In this document: positions 29,464 through 32,000 of the stretch, in pieces | Layout: every line of letters starts with the position of its first letter | Numbering within the stretch: position 1 is the first letter of the stretch | DNA from: Caedibacter taeniospiralis | GTDB taxonomy: Bacteria > Pseudomonadota > Gammaproteobacteria > Francisellales > Francisellaceae | Assembly: GCF_002803295.2 (NCBI RefSeq) | Contig: NZ_PGGB02000009.1 | Coordinates: forward strand, 21,318-53,317 | Direction: 5' to 3' | DNA: 32,000 nt | Translations under genes and position numbers: made by a program | Notes under the pieces: generated by a model | Database searches by the model: none | What the model saw: only the letters and a program-made list of their open reading frames with translations | Told to the model about the DNA's origin: nothing

Positions 29464-30203
29464 GGAGAGAGAAAATGCAGGTTTCAAAAATACTTAAAAA
29501 CATCAGAAACAACTCAGAAAGCAAGGCGACTGAATTATGCGAGAAACACAAGGTTGAATTTCGCTTTAAGTGTCCAACGTGTGTTAAGGAGCATGAGGCT
29601 GATAAGTTGCATGAGGCAAAGCTTGAAAAGCGAATCAAGGACAGTGGATTAGCCAAAAGGCAGTTACAGGCAAACTTTGCAAATTTTAAATCAAGTCAAG
29701 CACTTGAGCAGTGCGAAGCATGTCAAAGTTTTGCGGACAACTGGGAACAGGTATTCACTCATGGTCAATCCATGCTGATGATTGGCGGTGTTGGCACAGG
29801 GAAAACGCATTTAGCCAGTTCAATTGCCAATCAGGTCATGGCAAAACACTACGCGCACGTCAGGTACACAACCTTCATGATGATGACTTTCGCAATGCGT
29901 GATGCTCAAAATTTACATCCAAGCCTAACGGGGGTAATCAATCAGTTTACAAAACCAGAGCTGCTGATTATTGATGAAATTGGGGTAAAGGGGTCGACGG
30001 AGTACGAATTTAATTTACTTAACGGAATTTTAGATACTCGCTATGCCGAGTTATTGCCCACAATTCTCATCACGAATGCCAACTGGAATCAACTGGTTTC
30101 AATGATTGGATACAGGGCTATTTCACGATTTACTGAGACAGGTAAAAGTTTGAAATTTGGTAACGGGGATTACAGGAAAATTTTAGCAGGAGGTGCAGCA
30201 TGA
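29460..30203 (+). CDS. DnaC/IstB-like helicase-loader AAA+ ATPase
   Basis: SMLMIGGVGTGKTHLASSIANQVM (Walker A), ELLIIDEIGV (Walker B), TILITNANWNQLVSMIGYRAISRF. Confidence 0.92.
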   Translation: MRREKMQVSKILKNIRNNSESKATELCEKHKVEFRFKCPTCVKEHEADKLHEAKLEKRIKDSGLAKRQLQANFANFKSSQALEQCEACQSFADNWEQVFTHGQSMLMIGGVGTGKTHLASSIANQVMAKHYAHVRYTTFMMMTFAMRDAQNLHPSLTGVINQFTKPELLIIDEIGVKGSTEYEFNLLNGILDTRYAELLPTILITNANWNQLVSMIGYRAISRFTETGKSLKFGNGDYRKILAGGAA

Positions 30204-30553
30204 GCTTTGAAAATAGTTTTAGAGAATTAATTGCCGCTGAGATTATGCCGCTGAGTCAAAAGCTCGCGCGTCAGAATCAATTGATTGAGTTGATGGCTGA
30301 CAAGTTACAAAGGCTGGAAACCGCTAGAGGGACCACAGGTCTCAAAAAAGAACTTTTATCTCTGCGTGATGTTGAGAAGATTATCGGGCGCAAGCAGTGT
30401 TGGATTTATAAGCAAATGAACGCCAAAGAATTTCCTGCAAATTTATCCATGGGGAGCCGTGTTTTTTGGAAGCGTGAAGATATTGAGCGTTTTGTTGAGA
30501 TGACAAAAAGTGGCGAAGTTTATCAAGCCAGCAATCGAACTACGGAGGACTGA
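30200..30553 (+). CDS. AlpA/excisionase-like HTH protein with N-terminal helical extension
   Basis: LLSLRDVEKIIGRKQCWIYKQMNAKEFPANLSMGSRVFWKREDIERFVEM. Confidence 0.7.
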   Translation: MSFENSFRELIAAEIMPLSQKLARQNQLIELMADKLQRLETARGTTGLKKELLSLRDVEKIIGRKQCWIYKQMNAKEFPANLSMGSRVFWKREDIERFVEMTKSGEVYQASNRTTED

Positions 30554-30556
30554 ATC

Positions 30557-30763
30557 ATGAAAACAACTAACGAAATGTTGAAATATCGCACGCAGCGATT
30601 GATTCAGATGGATAAAGAAGAAATTGCAAACGATAAAAACGCAAATAAAGGCGATTTTAGTGACTTTTTAAAAAAGATAAACACAAAACATTACCGCAAT
30701 GACATTCGTTTAATTTTACCCTATTTACGACGCAATGCAGAGGTGTTCTGGTGTAGAAGGTAA
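30557..30763 (+). CDS. Hypothetical small protein
   Basis: 68-aa ORF, 4 bp after the preceding gene on the same strand. Confidence 0.45.
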   Translation: MKTTNEMLKYRTQRLIQMDKEEIANDKNANKGDFSDFLKKINTKHYRNDIRLILPYLRRNAEVFWCRR

Positions 30764-30873
30764 CGAAAATGCAAAGAGCCAGGTTAGTCACATTCAGTAA
30801 GAAGTCATGTTGCACAAACTTTGATGAGTTAAGTTGGTAACATTGAACGTATAGAAGTGTGGAATACCAAACG

Positions 30874-30966
30874 ATGAGCGTCTTGAAATCAGCACAGCAA
30901 CAGCTACTACAAAGCCAAACTTTATTAAGCATTACATTAGACGCTAATGGGGGAGGTGGGGGCTGA
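30874..30966 (+). CDS. Candidate small ORF: MSVLKSAQQQLLQSQTLLSITLDANGGGGG
   Basis: 30-aa ORF ending in five glycines, in the otherwise non-coding gap before recT. Confidence 0.3.
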   Translation: MSVLKSAQQQLLQSQTLLSITLDANGGGGG

Positions 30967-31051
30967 GTGTGTCTTCGGTGGCAAGTTTGAATTTCCATCT
31001 TTAGACGCATTTCAGGCGTGGATTGATAACGAGGGCAATTTATTCATTTAA
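30947..31051 (+). CDS. Candidate small ORF: MGEVGAECVFGGKFEFPSLDAFQAWIDNEGNLFI
   Basis: 34-aa ORF overlapping the previous one by 20 bp in another frame; composition looks protein-like. Confidence 0.35.
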   Translation: MGEVGAECVFGGKFEFPSLDAFQAWIDNEGNLFI

Positions 31052-31062
31052 CATTTGAGGGT

Positions 31063-31824
31063 ATGAGTGAGGGAGTGAGGGGAGTGAATCAAGAAATACA
31101 AACAGCCAATAATCAGGTGCCCATGGTCACCGATGAGCAAATCGGTAAGTATCTGGAGTCAATGGGGAATAACCTCAATCCCGTGCATAGAACACAGTTT
31201 ATTGAGCTTGCCAAGGCGTTTAATTTGAATCCATTTTTAAGGCAAATCCATGGCATTGCCTACGGTGATAAGTTTAACATCGTTGTGGGTTATGAGGTTT
31301 ATATTCAACGCGCTGAGCGCAGTGGTCAACTCGCAGGTTGGAAAGCCTGGACAGACGGAAAAGCGCCAGATTTAAAAGCCTGTATCGAAATTAAGCGCAA
31401 GAACTGGGTAGAAGCGTTTTATCACGAGGTTTATTTTGATGAGTATGTGCAAAACAATCCAATGTGGAAATCTAAGCCGCGCACCATGCTTAAAAAAGTC
31501 GCGATTGCCCAAGGGTTTAGAATGGCGTTTAGCCTGGAGTTAGGCGGAATCCCCTACACGCAGGACGAGTTGCCATCGAGCGAACCCATAGATGTCACCG
31601 CAAAGCAGGAGCGCTCAAAAAAAGGACCAGCACACCCAGTGGTAAACAAACTGTTATTTAAAATCCAGGAGGCAGGGCTGGATGCTAAGGATTTTGCCAA
31701 ATTTGCGCAGTTTAAATCGGAGGATTTAGAGAGCTGTCAACATGCGTTAAATAACTTGATGGACTTAGTTAAAGCTTACAAAGAATCAAAGCAAGAAAAA
31801 GCAAGAAAAAGCAAGAAAGGGTAA
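31063..31824 (+). CDS. RecT/Bet-family phage recombinase (single-strand annealing protein)
   Basis: LNPVHRTQFIELAKAFNLNPFLRQIHGIAYGDKFNIVVGYEVYIQRAERSGQLAGWKAW, KPRTMLKKVAIAQGFRMAFSLELGGIPYTQDEL. Confidence 0.92.
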   Translation: MSEGVRGVNQEIQTANNQVPMVTDEQIGKYLESMGNNLNPVHRTQFIELAKAFNLNPFLRQIHGIAYGDKFNIVVGYEVYIQRAERSGQLAGWKAWTDGKAPDLKACIEIKRKNWVEAFYHEVYFDEYVQNNPMWKSKPRTMLKKVAIAQGFRMAFSLELGGIPYTQDELPSSEPIDVTAKQERSKKGPAHPVVNKLLFKIQEAGLDAKDFAKFAQFKSEDLESCQHALNNLMDLVKAYKESKQEKARKSKKG

Positions 31825-31829
31825 TTGAC

Positions 31830-31940
31830 CATGAAGCTTTATGATATTAATCAGGAAATTATGCAGGTTATCTGCGAAGCGGTTGACGTTGAAACAGGCG
31901 AAGTGATCGCTGAGCTTGATACCGACGCTGCGAGCCATGG
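31830..31940 (+). pseudogene. 5' fragment of a Siphovirus Gp157-like gene, cut by the repeat at 31926
   Basis: MKLYDINQEIMQVICEAVDVETGEVIAELDTD resembles the Gp157 N-terminus (MKLYEI...), then enters the repeat and stops (AASHG*). Confidence 0.5.
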
Positions 31941-32000
31941 ATAGCGGAACGCGAGGGCGAGTAGACCCGGGTAGCCTTGCGCTGTTGATCAGCAAGCGAC
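31926..32000 (-). repeat. 75-bp repeat unit, inverted copy of 569-643; continues past the window end
   Basis: cgctgcgagccatggatagcggaacgcgagggcgagtagacccgggtagccttgcgctgttgatcagcaagcgac is the reverse complement of 569-643. Confidence 0.95.

Noticed and set aside
30657-31010. Minus-strand ORF with PPPPP run
   Set aside because: Poly-Pro comes from the ggggga/ggggg run on the plus strand. It is antisense to plus-strand small ORFs and has no protein-like features.
31786-31995. Minus-strand ORF MLINSARLPGSTRPRVPLSMAR...
   Set aside because: It is the translation of the 75-bp repeat (also seen in the 430..705 ORF) running into antisense recT sequence.

Overview
The window looks like a gammaproteobacterial chromosome segment, with gene content and order suggesting a Legionellales-like organism (inference). 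From about 4.6 to 25.0 kb it is a conserved housekeeping block: proS (-), a phosphopantetheinyl transferase, a TsaC/YrdC-family gene, an IcmG/DotF-like one-TM coiled-coil protein, lpxC, a DsbG/DsbA-like protein, anmK, an ampG-like MFS permease, an SDR, ridA, queG (-), tRNA-Ser(UGA), rplM-rpsI, sspA-sspB, hemF, clpS-clpA, prfB (with the programmed frameshift site) and lysS. The left edge (1-4.6 kb) is an accessory region. It holds an ORF apparently split by a repeat made of two 151-bp tandem units plus a >=75-bp unit, a secreted protein with three ~50-aa coiled-coil repeats, and a Gly-rich putative lipoprotein. From about 25.07 kb rightwards there is a prophage or integrated-element segment, beginning at what looks like a tRNA-Glu 3'-end remnant (att-like). 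It carries AlpA-like and AntA/AntB genes, a phage replisome organizer, a DnaC/IstB ATPase, a second AlpA-like gene, a RecT/Bet-type annealase and a start of a Gp157-like ORF. That last ORF is cut by an inverted copy of the 75-bp repeat seen at the left edge. No CRISPR array, integrase or clear restriction/defense system was seen. The observations most worth checking are the gene-disrupting repeat family, the att-like remnant, the IcmG/DotF-like protein, the out-of-frame prfB start, duplicated mini-ORFs near 14.4 kb, and two overlapping mini-ORFs before recT.
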